Positions 34,955 through 35,857 of a DNA stretch of 35,857 nucleotides are shown here, piece by piece (position 1 is the first letter of the stretch; every line of letters starts with the position of its first letter). Source of the DNA: Sedimentisphaerales bacterium. GTDB lineage: Bacteria; Planctomycetota; Phycisphaerae; Sedimentisphaerales; Anaerobacaceae. Location: the NCBI GenBank assembly GCA_037381725.1, contig JARRQQ010000001.1, positions 1 to 35,857 on the forward strand, given 5' to 3'. Below the pieces are notes generated by a model, which searched no databases, had not been told where the DNA came from, and worked only from the letters and a program-made list of their open reading frames with translations. Both the position numbers and the translations under genes were made by a program.

Positions 34955-35857
34955 ATGTTTCAAAGAGTGACGTGTTTAGTCGCAATCATTTTGACGGCGG
35001 GACTTGTCTCGTGGGTCCCGGCCGCGGACGTGCACCTTATGGGCCGGTGGACGCTTGATGGTCACGCCCAGGATACATCCGGCAATGACCGTAATGGCAC
35101 ACTCAACGGCACACCGAGCTTTGGCCCCGGGGTCTATGGCGAGGCGATGGAGTTCGACGGGGATGACTTTGTGAGCATAACGGACTTCAAAGGCGTCCTG
35201 GGCACGAATCCCTGGAGCGTCACCGCCTGGATCAAGACCTCGAATGTCGATGACCACAGATGCGTTATAAGCTGGGGCACTGCCTCCAATGGTCAGAGAA
35301 TCGAACTGCGGACAATGAGCGGCACGGGTATCTTGCGGGCCAATCACGGTGCCGGAAATGTGAACACCAATACCGCTTTGACGGACGGTGAATGGCACCA
35401 CATAGCGCTCACGTCGATAGAAGGTGCTTACTGCCAGTATCCGGACATGACCATCTACGTTGACGGTCAGGATGATACCGTGCCCTCCACGGATACGGAT
35501 CCGATGCTCGACATTGTTGCGGATGTCGATCTGGGAATAGGCTACCGTGCCACACATGACGACAGGTATTGGGTCGGGTCCATTGATGAAGTCCGTATGT
35601 ACGACAAAGTGCTGACACAGCAAGAGATTCAGCAGATCATGAACGAAGGGGGCGAACCCTATCCGTATGCTTATGATCCCAGCCCGGCCGACGGCGCCTT
35701 GCATGAAGATGCTTGGGTGAACCTCTCGTGGTCGCCGGGAGGCAGTGCGGTCTCGCACGATGTCTATTTGGGCGATCGTTTCAATGACGTCAATGACGGC
35801 GCCCGGGACTCCGAGGTCTTCCGAGGCAACCAGACGGCAACCTTTTACGTGGCCGGC
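34955..35857 (+). CDS. Third paralogous secreted LamG-domain protein, 3' end outside window (absent from the supplied ORF track because it has no stop in the window)
   Basis: Hand translation gives MFQRVTCLVAIILTAGLVSWVPAADVHLMGRWTLDGHAQDTSGNDRNGTLNG...GEWHHIALT...IDEVRMYDKVLTQQEIQQIM...DPSPADGALHEDAWVNLSWSPGGSAVSHDVYLG. 301 codons are open to the window edge. Same SD and spacing as the two upstream genes. Confidence 0.85.
   Translation, partial: MFQRVTCLVAIILTAGLVSWVPAADVHLMGRWTLDGHAQDTSGNDRNGTLNGTPSFGPGVYGEAMEFDGDDFVSITDFKGVLGTNPWSVTAWIKTSNVDDHRCVISWGTASNGQRIELRTMSGTGILRANHGAGNVNTNTALTDGEWHHIALTSIEGAYCQYPDMTIYVDGQDDTVPSTDTDPMLDIVADVDLGIGYRATHDDRYWVGSIDEVRMYDKVLTQQEIQQIMNEGGEPYPYAYDPSPADGALHEDAWVNLSWSPGGSAVSHDVYLGDRFNDVNDGARDSEVFRGNQTATFYVAG

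Noticed and set aside
1-35857. Whole-window search for CRISPR arrays, transposases, integrases, phage genes, toxin-antitoxin pairs or recognisable defence genes
   Set aside because: I saw no regularly spaced direct repeats and no DDE, tyrosine or serine recombinase motifs. No known defence-system domains were recognised in any frame I read. The only repeats are intragenic domain duplications and short intergenic motifs.

Overview
GC-rich bacterial chromosomal segment. The gene content (LpxC-FabZ fusion, DUF1559-type pseudopilin, PEP-CTERM protein, giant LamG/CBM/PA14 secreted proteins) points to the PVC superphylum, probably Planctomycetota (Phycisphaerae-like). This placement is inference from family content, not a search result. 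Gene order: (1) dnaB 3' part, then a classical outer-membrane/lipid A block on the + strand: bamA, skp/ompH, lpxD, lpxC-fabZ fusion, lpxA, a Gfo/Idh/MocA oxidoreductase and a lipoprotein cyclophilin. (2) Convergent nfi, then a 755-bp helix-rich intergenic region. (3) A 13-kb co-directional + strand array: uvrA; an enoate-reductase-like OYE/GltD fusion flavoenzyme; SDR; Eda-like aldolase; secreted Asp-box propeller; an ~680-aa FrdA/NadB-like flavoprotein; KdgK-like PfkB kinase; mtnA. (4) A small envelope/accessory islet with strand switches: PEP-CTERM protein, coiled-coil lipoprotein, orphan DUF1559 pseudopilin, a possible gene remnant, and MltA with a previously uncalled 44-aa entericidin-like lipoprotein gene 1 nt after its stop. 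(5) Three tandem paralogous genes for very large secreted, apparently non-catalytic multi-module binding proteins. The third is open-ended and missing from the ORF track. I found no rRNA, tRNA, CRISPR array, transposase or integrase. The two best candidates for something undescribed are the flavoenzyme-rich sugar-acid locus (13142-22081) and the LamG/CBM/PA14 trio with a recurrent unnamed ~90-aa module (28345-35857). A possible structured RNA at about 9780-10190 is a third, weaker candidate. All family calls come from motifs I recognise by eye and none is a database result.
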